A program made the position numbers and the translations under genes. Source: an uncultured delta proteobacterium (GTDB lineage Bacteria > Desulfobacterota > Binatia > UBA9968). From it: DNA of 64,000 nt. The DNA lies in the NCBI GenBank assembly GCA_963745835.1, contig CAVUZH010000013.1, forward strand, positions 384,001 through 448,000, read 5' to 3'. How positions within the stretch are numbered: position 1 is the first letter of the stretch; each line of letters opens with the position of its first letter. This document shows, in pieces, positions 39,746-49,259 of this stretch. The notes under the pieces are model-generated. The model did not search any database and was not told where the DNA came from. It saw nothing but the letters and a program-made list of their open reading frames with translations.

Positions 39746-40132
39746 TCAATCGCCGCCCTTTGCAGGGGTAAACTCGATCCCGCTAACGTAATTTTTTTCG
39801 CCTTTTTTCGTATATTGCACCGTTGCCGATGACCCTAAACCGATATCGGCCATCTTTGCATCCTTAGCCTTAAGTTCGGTAACTTTGGTCTTCTGATCGA
39901 AATCAACTGTGACCAACTTGCCTTCCTTGGTGACCACGATCATATAGTTCTTTTCAGTATCCAATAAGCCTATATCGCCGGAAACTTTTTCCGCTTTGGC
40001 TTTCTCAGCCTTTTCACCTTCGGCTTTCTTTGCGCCTTCTGCCTTCTTCTCACCTTCCTGCGCCAAAATTGGCGAGGCCAATGAGAGTGCGCACAGAATA
40101 CTTAGAGCCCGCACTGCGCTTTGTGTCTTCAT
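39746..40132 (-). CDS. Small exported protein, KGGD family copy A2 (Sec signal, putative OB-fold)
   Basis: Signal peptide ending ILA-QE, Lys/Glu/Ala linker, GDIGLLDTEKNY..KEGKLVTVDF..ADIGLGSSA..KGGD. Confidence 0.8.
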   Translation of the reverse strand: MKTQSAVRALSILCALSLASPILAQEGEKKAEGAKKAEGEKAEKAKAEKVSGDIGLLDTEKNYMIVVTKEGKLVTVDFDQKTKVTELKAKDAKMADIGLGSSATVQYTKKGEKNYVSGIEFTPAKGGD

Positions 40133-40185
40133 AAAATCGATCCTTTCCAATCATATATTACACAGACCGTAAGAGTTGCAGTGGC

Positions 40186-40644
40186 TCAATCCCCACCCTT
40201 GGCTGGGGTGAATTCCACGCTTTTGGCGAGATTTTTATCGCCCTGCTTGGTATATTCAACTGTTGCTGAAGAGCCGAGTCCGATATCCGCTATCTTGCTC
40301 GGAGTAGGATCGATTTGAGTCGCTTTCGTCTTGGCATCGTAATCCAGCGTGATCAGCTTACCTTCTTTAGTTACTAGGATCAGATAATTTTTCTCGGTAT
40401 CGAGTAATCCGATATCGCCTCTCGCCTTCTCTGCCTTCGCCTTGGCTTCACTCTTATCGTCGCCTTTGGCTTCGCCCTTTGCCGTAGTAGTTTCAGCTTT
40501 CGCCTTGGACTCAGCTTTTGCCGGCGGCGCCGCAGGTGCCGCCGCGGGCTTGGAAGCCATGTCGTCTTGTGTTGAACAAGAAGAGATAGCAAAAGCTACC
40601 GCAACCGCCGCCGCAGCACTACTGATCGAAAACAAATCCTTCAT
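40186..40644 (-). CDS. Small lipoprotein, KGGD family copy A1
   Basis: Lipobox ISSC-STQ, Ala/Pro/Lys linker, same conserved domain; GGGAGG RBS. Confidence 0.82.
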   Translation of the reverse strand: MKDLFSISSAAAAVAVAFAISSCSTQDDMASKPAAAPAAPPAKAESKAKAETTTAKGEAKGDDKSEAKAKAEKARGDIGLLDTEKNYLILVTKEGKLITLDYDAKTKATQIDPTPSKIADIGLGSSATVEYTKQGDKNLAKSVEFTPAKGGD

Positions 40645-40876
40645 TGTTGCCTCCCTAGAACATATTTACGGTAAAAATAGATTCGATAATTATCGTGAGC
40701 GTTGATTCATCTCAATACGAAATAGGTATGGTTTTAATCGCGCCGATCCGGCTTGCTGGCGATAAATTCAAACTATAGTCTTAGGACGACACGGGTGGGA
40801 TTACCACGTTGGCATGTTAGTTTATTTCGTGTATTTTCGCTTGGCGTAGGCAAATGTTCCCTAAGGAGCGAGTGCA

Positions 40877-41581
40877 ATGATGCCGATCAAAGTTGTGATT
40901 GCTGATGACCACGCGCTTTTCAGAGATGGACTCAGACGGATCCTTTCGCTCGAGAAGGACATCCTTGTCGTTGGCGAGGCAGCCAACGGTGACGATGTGA
41001 TCAAAGTCGTCGAGCGGACAAAGCCGGATATCTTGCTCCTGGATCTGAAGATGCCCAAGGGCGATGTTGTTCAAAATTTGCTGGAAGTCGGCGCTAAATA
41101 CCCGTCAACGCGGGTAATCATTTTGACCGCCTTCTCGGACGAGGAAAGTGTTTTGAATGCGGCGAAAGGCGGCGCCAAAGGTTTCGTTCCAAAGGGCGTG
41201 CCCTCCACTAGCTTGCTTCAAGCAATCAAGGCGGTGCACCAAGGCGCTTCTTGGACCGATAAGGAGATACCGTCATGGGAAACTTTCGAGGAGATTGCTC
41301 AGGGCCAGTCACTTGCCCGTGAAGCGCCGACTCAGTTCGATGAGAGTATTAGAAGTCTTACTAAACGAGAAATGGAAATACTCCGGTTAGTGGCCGAAGG
41401 TCTTACTAATGAGGAGATCGGCAAGAAAATTTTTATTAGTGAGAAGACGGTGAAGACTCACCTGACCAATATCTTCGATAAGTTGAAAGTTAATAACCGC
41501 TTCAAGGCTGCTCTGATGCTGATGGGCCAGTCAGGTGACACTAATACAGGGAATTGGAGTAGAAGCGGTCGAGGCCGTTAA
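40877..41581 (+). CDS. NarL/LuxR-family response regulator
   Basis: IADDH, LLDLKMP, LTAF, LTKREMEIL..GLTNEEI..ISEKTVKTHLTNIFDKL. Confidence 0.95.
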   Translation: MMPIKVVIADDHALFRDGLRRILSLEKDILVVGEAANGDDVIKVVERTKPDILLLDLKMPKGDVVQNLLEVGAKYPSTRVIILTAFSDEESVLNAAKGGAKGFVPKGVPSTSLLQAIKAVHQGASWTDKEIPSWETFEEIAQGQSLAREAPTQFDESIRSLTKREMEILRLVAEGLTNEEIGKKIFISEKTVKTHLTNIFDKLKVNNRFKAALMLMGQSGDTNTGNWSRSGRGR

Positions 41582-41602
41582 ACGATCTCGAACTTCAAAA
41601 CA

Positions 41603-42859
41603 ATGTCTCGTGCCACGCCCTCCACAGGGGATACCATTACTCCCGAGGAAGGATGGCTCTTACAACGAGAGAAACTCTTGGCTTGGCTCCGGGTGGCTTT
41701 CGCCATCGTTGCCGTAGTCGTCATACAGCTTAACCCTTCGCGCACGGCGCGCTTTCCGACACTTTCAGTTTTTTCCCTGTGGTCCTTCTTAGCCTATAGC
41801 CTATTTGTTTTAGAGTTAGTTCGGCGGCAAAAGGTAGCCTCCAAGAAGATTGGGATCATTACCGCTTGCTTTGATTCGGTATGGATTTTTTTGATCGTGT
41901 TTTCCACCGGTGGTACCCGAACGCCATTCTTTTTCTATTTCGCGTTCCCGATCCTCTCTGCAAGCCTACGCTGGGGAACCAAAGGAAGCGTCTTCGTCGC
42001 CTTGGTCGGGGTTACTCTCTATGGTTTGATCCGCTTTAGTATGGCTGCGGAAAGCTTTGAGACGCCGATGGGCATCGACACCTTGCTCGTGCGCAGCCTC
42101 TATCTCATCGTTCTAGCCTATATCTTTGGTTTTGTCAGCGAATTTGAGAAGAGGCAGAACCGAAGGCTGCTCGCGCTCTCCGACACAGCCATCAAGGCTG
42201 CGGCGATTCAGGAGAGGCGCAGAATCACATACGAACTCCACGATGGCATTCTGCAATCTCTAGCGACGATTATCCTCAGACTTGAAAGCTGCCGCAGCCG
42301 GCTTATCGACTCTCAAAAAGAGTTGCGCCGGGAAATCGAAGACATCGAAAATTTCACCAGAGACTCAATGACGGAAATCAGGAATTTTCTGGCCGGCAAA
42401 GAGACCCAGCCGTTAACCCCGGGAACGCTGATAGAAAAGCTTCGAGACGAACTGAAATTCCTCCAACAAAGCTTGGGATTGGAAGTCATCCTCGAGAGTA
42501 AACCAGAGGACCCGAGTCTGCCGCATCACATCGAGCGCGAGGTCTATTACGCTCTAAGGGAAGCATTGACCAACGTGACCAAACACTCGCATGCTTCTCG
42601 GGTTGAGATTCAAATCAGCCAGGGGCCAGACCTGCTCGAGGCTTCGCTGAAGGACAACGGTGTGGGATTTGATCAAGACAACCAGAAAAACCGCAGCCGA
42701 CTGGGTTTGTCGGGCATGGGAGACAGAATAAAAAAGATCGGGGGACAACTAAGCATAAAGTCATCCCCCGGTTTAGGGACTACGGTTATGTTCGCAATCC
42801 CCCTGGTTGAAACAAAAAAATCTATCGAAGGGTCAATCGAAACATTGTCAGACAATTAA
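41603..42859 (+). CDS. Polytopic membrane sensor histidine kinase (HisKA_3)
   Basis: About 5-6 TM helices, ERRRITYELHDGILQSL, EALTNVTKHS, DNGVGFD, GLSGM, SSPGLGT. Confidence 0.93.
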   Translation: MSRATPSTGDTITPEEGWLLQREKLLAWLRVAFAIVAVVVIQLNPSRTARFPTLSVFSLWSFLAYSLFVLELVRRQKVASKKIGIITACFDSVWIFLIVFSTGGTRTPFFFYFAFPILSASLRWGTKGSVFVALVGVTLYGLIRFSMAAESFETPMGIDTLLVRSLYLIVLAYIFGFVSEFEKRQNRRLLALSDTAIKAAAIQERRRITYELHDGILQSLATIILRLESCRSRLIDSQKELRREIEDIENFTRDSMTEIRNFLAGKETQPLTPGTLIEKLRDELKFLQQSLGLEVILESKPEDPSLPHHIEREVYYALREALTNVTKHSHASRVEIQISQGPDLLEASLKDNGVGFDQDNQKNRSRLGLSGMGDRIKKIGGQLSIKSSPGLGTTVMFAIPLVETKKSIEGSIETLSDN

Positions 42860-42941
42860 ATAAACGGGCGCGAACTCGTGACTCACTTGGACTTGCGCAA
42901 GAACTTATTCAAGGGAGAAACCAGCCAATCTTTCTCGGTAC

Positions 42942-43307
42942 TTAATCCCCACCCTTCTTAACTACGTACTCAATGCCACTGAGATAGTTTTTGTCACCTT
43001 TCTTGGTGTATTGGACCGAAGCCGCCGAACCTAGGCCGACATCCGCCATCTTCGCAGGCTTCGGCACCAGCTGTGTAACCTTGGTCTTTTCGTTGAAGTC
43101 CACTGTCACCAACTTGCCGTCTTTGGTAACGACAATCATATAGTTCTTCTCGGTATCCAATAGCCCGATATCGCCCGCAACCTTTTCGGCCTTAGCTTTT
43201 TCTGTCTTGCCCTTTTCTGCATTCTTTTCCTGGGCCGCTATGGGAAACGCGACAATTAACACTATGAAAATTCCCAAACCAAACATGCTCTTCGATCCAA
43301 GTCTCAT
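42942..43307 (-). CDS. Small exported protein, KGGD family copy B2
   Basis: Signal peptide ending IAA-QE and the same conserved domain ending KKGGD; GGAGG RBS. Confidence 0.82.
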   Translation of the reverse strand: MRLGSKSMFGLGIFIVLIVAFPIAAQEKNAEKGKTEKAKAEKVAGDIGLLDTEKNYMIVVTKDGKLVTVDFNEKTKVTQLVPKPAKMADVGLGSAASVQYTKKGDKNYLSGIEYVVKKGGD

Positions 43308-43340
43308 AAAATCCTCCTCCTTCGCTCGTTCACACGATGA

Positions 43341-43779
43341 TTAATCGCCACCTTTGGCGGCTTTGAATTCGACCCCGGTGGCGATATTCTTGTCTTTCTG
43401 TTTTGTATATGTGACCGTCGCTGACGAGCCGAGACCTACATCCGCGATCTTAGCGGGGGTTGGAGTCACTTCCGTCACTTTGGTTTTTTGATCGAAATCC
43501 AACGTGACCAGCTTGCCTTCTTTGGTCACGAGAATCAGATAGTTCTTCTCGGTATCGATGAGGCCAATATCTCCTTTAGCTTTTTCGGCCTTAACTTTAG
43601 CCTCAGCCTTTGCCTCGTTTTTGGTTCCGTTATCCGTCTTAGCTGCTGCAGCTTTGGCTGTAGGTGGAACGGGGCGTTGTCGTTGGTTTGGCTACCCGCT
43701 CTTCTTGAGTTGAGCACGATGCCAGAGCTAACAGCATAGCCCAGGCGGTGACTCCAGTTACCGGAAACACACTTTTCAT
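43341..43779 (-). CDS. Small lipoprotein, KGGD family copy B1 (one frameshift near 43672, possibly an assembly error)
   Basis: Manual read MKSVFPVTGVTAWAMLLALASC-STQEERVAKPTT / VPPTAKAAAAK..KAEKAKGDIGLIDTEKNY..KGGD; indel at a C4 run. Confidence 0.75.
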
Positions 43780-44114
43780 CTTTCTATCCTCCCGTTTGTC
43801 AGACTAAAGTCGAATGAGTAAACCATTAGTCGTATACTTTACGATGTGATGCCTTGTCAAGCGATTAAGGTAAACTCTAAGGAATTTTCGCGACGTCCGA
43901 GCGCGGCAAGCGCCGGGCCTAGGCTACGGGCGGAAATGTGAGCTGGCTTACGTTTAAACCAGACGACGATGGGGATGGGCGATGAATGTTAGTTCGACAG
44001 TTTGACGCGGCACCGAAGTCTCGGCTTCTTGCGATCTGCTTTAAAAGTTTACTCAGGATCTTCGCCTATAAGCCAGGGCTCTTCTCGGTTCGAAAAAGCG
44101 TATAGACAGGCAGC

Positions 44115-44408
44115 TCAAAATGGAGGCTTTTTTTCGCAACAGTTAGGATGCCCAGGGCCTTGGCCGGCCCAGGCACCGATCTCAATCGCGTCTAGCGGCT
44201 CGATGAAGAAGGGAATGGGATCGACGTCGGGATTGTTGTCCAAAATTTCATCGCGAATGTTTTGATAAATTTGTTGATCTCTTTTGCCTCTGTCGATGAA
44301 CTGCAGGCGGTACCCGTCGGACGCGCTTGATACCATGGACAACAGCAGCGAGATTACCAGCTGTTTGAAATAATTAGCAAATGTGCCGCCGGCATCATTT
44401 TGAGACAC
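44115..44408 (-). CDS. Possible small hypothetical protein
   Basis: 97-aa ORF with a hydrophobic stretch and C-terminal CC; the GTG start abuts a terminator, so doubtful. Confidence 0.3.
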   Translation of the reverse strand: MSQNDAGGTFANYFKQLVISLLLSMVSSASDGYRLQFIDRGKRDQQIYQNIRDEILDNNPDVDPIPFFIEPLDAIEIGAWAGQGPGHPNCCEKKPPF

Positions 44409-44441
44409 AAAAAAGGGGAGTCATTTCTGACTCCCCTTTTT
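44409..44441. terminator. Intrinsic terminator downstream of the porin
   Basis: AAAAAAGGGGAGTCA-TTTC-TGACTCCCCTTTTT. Confidence 0.9.
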
Positions 44442-44462
44442 CGTTGCGAGCGGTTACACGTC

Positions 44463-45990
44463 CTAGAACGTGTAGCGCCAGTTTAGGAACAGTGTCTGCC
44501 AGTCGCCGCCTTTACCGTTTCTGCAACCAGTAGCAGGGGTAACATTCGGCGTATTGCAAACTCCGAGATTATGCGCGGCCTGGTTGGCCCCGTTACGCAA
44601 GTTCGACGCATCGTACCACAGCCAGTTGACACCGATGCTCATGCGCGGCGCCAGAAAGTACCACAGATCCACTTCCCGCAGGAGGATCCTGTTGCGGTGA
44701 AATTGATTCAGCATCGCATTTCCGCCCGCAGCCACGACGCTGGCGCAGGTGATCCCGGTATTGCCATTACAACCCGCTTCCATGTCAACGCGCTCGAAGT
44801 GGGTGCCGACTAGAATCGATCCCGCGGTATTGGCAGAGCCTGTCAGGAAACCCTTGGGGCTCCACAGAAAGAGATCATGACCGATCAACCAGCTGTCACC
44901 TTTCTTATGTCCTCGCGTTCCGCCCCGGTCTTCACTTCTCTGGCGATGCGCCATGGCGCGCAACGTATAGGGACCGATGTTCCAGATAAAGCCGGGGGTT
45001 AGGCCGATATGAAGCCCATCGCCAATGGAGCCGGCGCCAGTATCAAACAATGCCTGGCGACCGCCATCGCCATGATCCTGAATGCGGTAGCGGTCGCAGC
45101 CATTATCAATTGCCCTATTATCGGCGTTACAGAACCACGCGCCCATTTCAAAGGCCAGGCCGCGGAGCCAGACGCTTTTAAGTTGCGAGAAGGGCTGAAT
45201 ATTAAGGTAAGCATTAAAGTCCTTGCGATCGGTAAAGCTGCTCAAGCCGTCGTCACCCTCACCGATATTGCCCATGCCAAGGTTGAAACGGCTGATCCGG
45301 CCGGGAATGCCGATGCCCGACAGTGACCTGTCGTCCCAGAAGAGTGAGATACCATTGCCGGTGCGGCCGGTGTTGAAACCGTTGTTGCGCGTATGCAAAT
45401 CATATTCAGCCTGCGAGCCCATTGCGCTGGACCCCTGGCGCGCGGTGCTCATGCTGTTCTGGACCTCCATGCCCAGCTGCACCGTCGGCAAAAATGGATT
45501 CAGGTTTTCGAGATGGAAATTAATAACGCCACGCTGCAATATGGAACCGACATCGTCACCGGTGGCATTCTTCGCATTGCCCGTGCCGAAACCATCCATA
45601 TCAATAGTGGCCTCGAGCTCCCACAAGCAGTTGTTGATGCAGAAGAAGAACCCCGGCCGGAAACGGCGGCCCATGATCTCGCCGTTGGTGCGCCCTACAT
45701 GACTGCGTCCTTCTTCGAAAAGCATCCGAAAATAAGTTTCCAACGGTTGCACGGAAAGACCATGACTTGTCCGCGGCTTCGATATCGAGACCGTTACCCG
45801 GGCGATAACTAAAAGTCGGCATCGCTGCTGCCGCTTCAGTTGCCTCCTTCTTCAATTCGATCTGCTGCTCTTTTAACTGCATCAGCTCTTGCTCAAGCGC
45901 TTGGATCTTTTGATCCACATTTTGCGCAAGGGCGGGGACAGCCAAAAGAAATGCAGAGAGCATTCCCAAGCCCAAAAACGTCTTCTTCAT
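44463..45990 (-). CDS. Outer-membrane beta-barrel porin (OprO/P-like) with N-terminal coiled coil; frameshift near 45745
   Basis: ORFs 45601..46026 and 44463..45752 join at SWSFRAT/LETYFR; signal peptide ALA-Q, coiled coil KIQALEQELMQLKEQQ, C-terminal beta-signal LNWRYTF. Confidence 0.8.
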
Positions 45991-46314
45991 TTTACCTCCT
46001 TTTGCCTCCTGGTTTTTGTGGTACATCGTTAGTACTACTGACCGCGACTTTTAACTTACTCACCAAACCCTGTCAAGCCTAAAGTTGTACTTTAGCGAAT
46101 GCCGTAGGTCAGTGATTAATACATAAGTAGTTAATTGGCAGTATAGGTCGGAGGCCACGATCCGCAGTCGGCTCGGGCCAAAGCTTTAGGTCTCCAGTCG
46201 CCTGCGGAATCGCTCCGGGGGCTGAGACATAGGATTGTCCTGACTCACGGCTATTCAACATCTATTTTTTTAACGCGTTGAGATTTCATTACCTGCCGGT
46301 TAGAGTCGGCTAGT

Positions 46315-47070
46315 ATGCTGGCCAAAAGAATCATCCCCTGTCTGGATGTGAATGAAGGAAGAGTTGTCAAAGGCGTGAACTTTTTGGAACTTCGCGACGC
46401 CGGAGATCCGGTTGAGATTGCCCGTCAGTACGACAAAGAAGGAGCAGATGAACTTTGCTTTCTCGATATAACGGCGTCGCACCAACAGCGAAGAATCATC
46501 CTCGATGTCGTCGCGCGAACTGCCGAACAGGTTTTCATGCCTCTCACCGTTGGCGGTGGGATCAACTCCTTGGAAGATATTCGCAATTTGTTACATGCCG
46601 GCGCCGATAAGGTTTCGATCAACACGGGAGCAGTCAATCGTCCGGAATTTGTTCGAGAGGCGGCGGAAGTATTCGGCAGCCAGTGCATCGTCGTTGCCAT
46701 TGATGCCAAGCGGGTTGACGATCATTGGGAGGTCTTCACTCACGGCGGAAGGAACCCCACAGGATTGGATGCCAGTGAGTGGGCCGAGCGGATGGAAAAA
46801 TTCGGCGCAGGAGAGATTCTTCTTACCAGCATGGACCGCGACGGCACCAAAGCCGGTTACGATCTTGGCTTGACCCGGGCGATTTCAGACCGTCTGTCGA
46901 TTCCCGTGATCGCCTCGGGCGGCGTAGGAAACTTGGATCACATTTACCAGGGATTTGCCGAGGGAAATGCCAGCGCGGCGTTAGCCGCCTCAATCTTTCA
47001 CTACCGGGAATACTCAGTGGGAGAATGCAAGAAGTATTTGCGCAGCCGCGGCATTCCCGTGCGGCTATGA
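46315..47070 (+). CDS. hisF: Imidazole glycerol phosphate synthase cyclase subunit
   Basis: [43 protein letters not shown]. Confidence 0.98.
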   Translation: MLAKRIIPCLDVNEGRVVKGVNFLELRDAGDPVEIARQYDKEGADELCFLDITASHQQRRIILDVVARTAEQVFMPLTVGGGINSLEDIRNLLHAGADKVSINTGAVNRPEFVREAAEVFGSQCIVVAIDAKRVDDHWEVFTHGGRNPTGLDASEWAERMEKFGAGEILLTSMDRDGTKAGYDLGLTRAISDRLSIPVIASGGVGNLDHIYQGFAEGNASAALAASIFHYREYSVGECKKYLRSRGIPVRL

Positions 47071-47192
47071 ATCGCTACCGGGTCTTCACACGTTAATTCC
47101 ACTGTTCTATTTGCCTCCTTAACAGGAACCGGACGCCTTAAGCGGCTCTTTGGTCGAACCAGGAGGCGATGTCTTACTAGTCCAGAGTGTTG

Positions 47193-47564
47193 CTAGTCCA
47201 GAGCAAGAATGAAATAGCCAATTATCGCGATCCCAAACACTGCTAGGAGCACATTAGTATATGCGCCTATATTGACCCAGTATCCCTCTGGAATTTCAAC
47301 CGGCTTGAGAGTCTTTAGCACGCTTCGGTACTGAAGCACGGAAAGCACGGCCACCACGACGCCAAAGAGAATGAAAGAAGCACCTACCCAGAATGATCCG
47401 TTTCGCCGCACATGATCGCCTTGAGCTAAAAGGAACATGTGCAGAAAAAGCCCGAAGCGCTCAATGGCAAACCCAAAGGCCATCAATGCAACCGCCGTAC
47501 GCGTCCACGCCATTAGAGTGCGTTCAGCGGCGAAGAACACTCTCGGATCATTCAAGTCGGACAT
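47193..47564 (-). CDS. DUF202/YidH family membrane protein
   Basis: DPRVFFAAERTLMAWTRT..MAFGF, three TM helices. Confidence 0.88.
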   Translation of the reverse strand: MSDLNDPRVFFAAERTLMAWTRTAVALMAFGFAIERFGLFLHMFLLAQGDHVRRNGSFWVGASFILFGVVVAVLSVLQYRSVLKTLKPVEIPEGYWVNIGAYTNVLLAVFGIAIIGYFILALD

Positions 47565-47873
47565 ATCTCGCCCTAATAGATTTCAATTGATAGGGATAAG
47601 TTCGTGAATGCTCAAACGTGACTGGTCAATCCGCTCCGATTGCGACGGCTATCCGCCGGGATTTATGCAGCCCGCAAAATCATACTGCCGCGAACTGTAG
47701 CACGTAGGGCCACTTCAGATGCAGCGACTTCTTACGCCGTTACCTGGTACATGTCGCCAGGCAAATATCGTGTCTCGTTCTCCGTTGCGCCCATAGATCT
47801 TTTCATTGACATACCCGACATTGGAACTTACTCGGATAAAGATCTAGGAACTTCCGATCTAAAGCCGTCCAGT

Positions 47874-49067
47874 TTAGAAGAGCATGCGCTTTCTCGGCGG
47901 GTCAAAAAAAGGCGGCTTCACTGTAGAAACTCTTACTTTTTTTCGCTCGTACTCCACCGTCGTTTCCATCTGGAGCATGGTTCCGGGCTTTGCGTGTTCG
48001 CTCTTGATGGTTGCCAAGGCGATGTATTTTTTCACACTCGGCGACCACGCGCCTGTGGTCGCTTGTCCGACCTGAAGATCGTCCTTGTAAAGCGGAATGC
48101 CGCCTCTCCAAGCGGCTGCTGGGACATGCGGCGGAAGTCCCACCTTCTGATAGAGCTCTTCGTAATGGCGCCAATCGACCTCTACTCCGGTAATCTGACG
48201 TGGCGCATCCTTGCCGTCCGAATGATGTAGCTGCTTGCTACCGACAAAAAAATTCTTGGCAAGATCCACCGTCCAGCCCAGACCAATCTCGAACGGAGAG
48301 TATTTCTGCGACTCAATGAGCGCCTTTTCCGCGCCGACATAGTCGACTTCGAGCAAAATGAAACCCGCTTCGAGCCGAGCGACATCGAGCGCTAGCATTC
48401 CCGCTGCTTTGAGGCCGTAGGGCTTGCCTTTATCGGTGAGGACGTCCCATACACGCTCTGCATCAGCGGCAGGCAGCCATATTTCATATCCGAGGTCACC
48501 AGTGTAACCGGTGCGGGAAATGGTGACCGGAACTCCGGCGAAATCGGCTGGCCTTAAGCGGAAGAACTTCAACTTACCCAGATCGGCATCGACAATCTGG
48601 GTAAGAATTTTCAAGGCATTGGGTCCCTGCAACGCAAGCGCCGCTATCCGCTCCGATACTTCCTCGATTGAAACCGACATCCCTCCGGCGTTGAGTTTCA
48701 GCCAACGCAGAGCGGGGTCGGCCAAGTGAAAACGAAACTGATCCTCACCCAACCGAAACACCGTGCCGTCCTGGATGACCTTTCCTTCGCCGTCACACAA
48801 GCAACCATAAACGGCCTGCCCTACGGCGCATTTGGCAACGTCTCGCGTGATCACCCGATTGACCAGCTTCAATGCATCTTTGCCCCGGACTTCGTATTTG
48901 AACAGCGGTGAGATATCGATCAGCCCAGCGGTGTTTCGTATCGCGTGATATTCGTAATCGTGCACCACATCATACGAGCTGGCCGCGAAGTATCCCGACC
49001 AGGTGCGCCAATTCTGACTGATGCAGAGCGCGGACGTACGTGAGTGGAAAGGAGTTCCAATGGGCAT
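47874..49067 (-). CDS. GcvT-like aminomethyltransferase/folate-binding family protein
   Basis: TPFH, EYHAIRN.AGLIDISPL, DGTV, LALQGP, SRTGYTGDLGYE, RLEAG, PFFDP. Confidence 0.9.
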   Translation of the reverse strand: MPIGTPFHSRTSALCISQNWRTWSGYFAASSYDVVHDYEYHAIRNTAGLIDISPLFKYEVRGKDALKLVNRVITRDVAKCAVGQAVYGCLCDGEGKVIQDGTVFRLGEDQFRFHLADPALRWLKLNAGGMSVSIEEVSERIAALALQGPNALKILTQIVDADLGKLKFFRLRPADFAGVPVTISRTGYTGDLGYEIWLPAADAERVWDVLTDKGKPYGLKAAGMLALDVARLEAGFILLEVDYVGAEKALIESQKYSPFEIGLGWTVDLAKNFFVGSKQLHHSDGKDAPRQITGVEVDWRHYEELYQKVGLPPHVPAAAWRGGIPLYKDDLQVGQATTGAWSPSVKKYIALATIKSEHAKPGTMLQMETTVEYERKKVRVSTVKPPFFDPPRKRMLF

Positions 49068-49259
49068 GGGAAGTAGGGACAGGTAATTGCGGCCGAGAAG
49101 GATAGTCGCTGATACGATCGCGCTTAACTTCGAGCGTTGTTAATCCAATCTAATCGATGCTTCTTCGCCTACTCTCCGTCTCCAAGGCCTGTGAATTAAG
49201 TCGGCTCGTTGACTTCGTAGAGAAATTACCAAATATGTTCGTTTAAGCAAATCAATAAA

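Noticed and set aside
39746-43779. CusF-type copper chaperones
   Set aside because: Similar size and beta pattern, but the His/Trp/Met-x-Met metal site is absent and no cusABC genes are nearby
47874-49067. Glycine cleavage T protein (gcvT proper)
   Set aside because: No gcvH/gcvP adjacent and the canonical GW.MP..Y and FDVSHM motifs are altered
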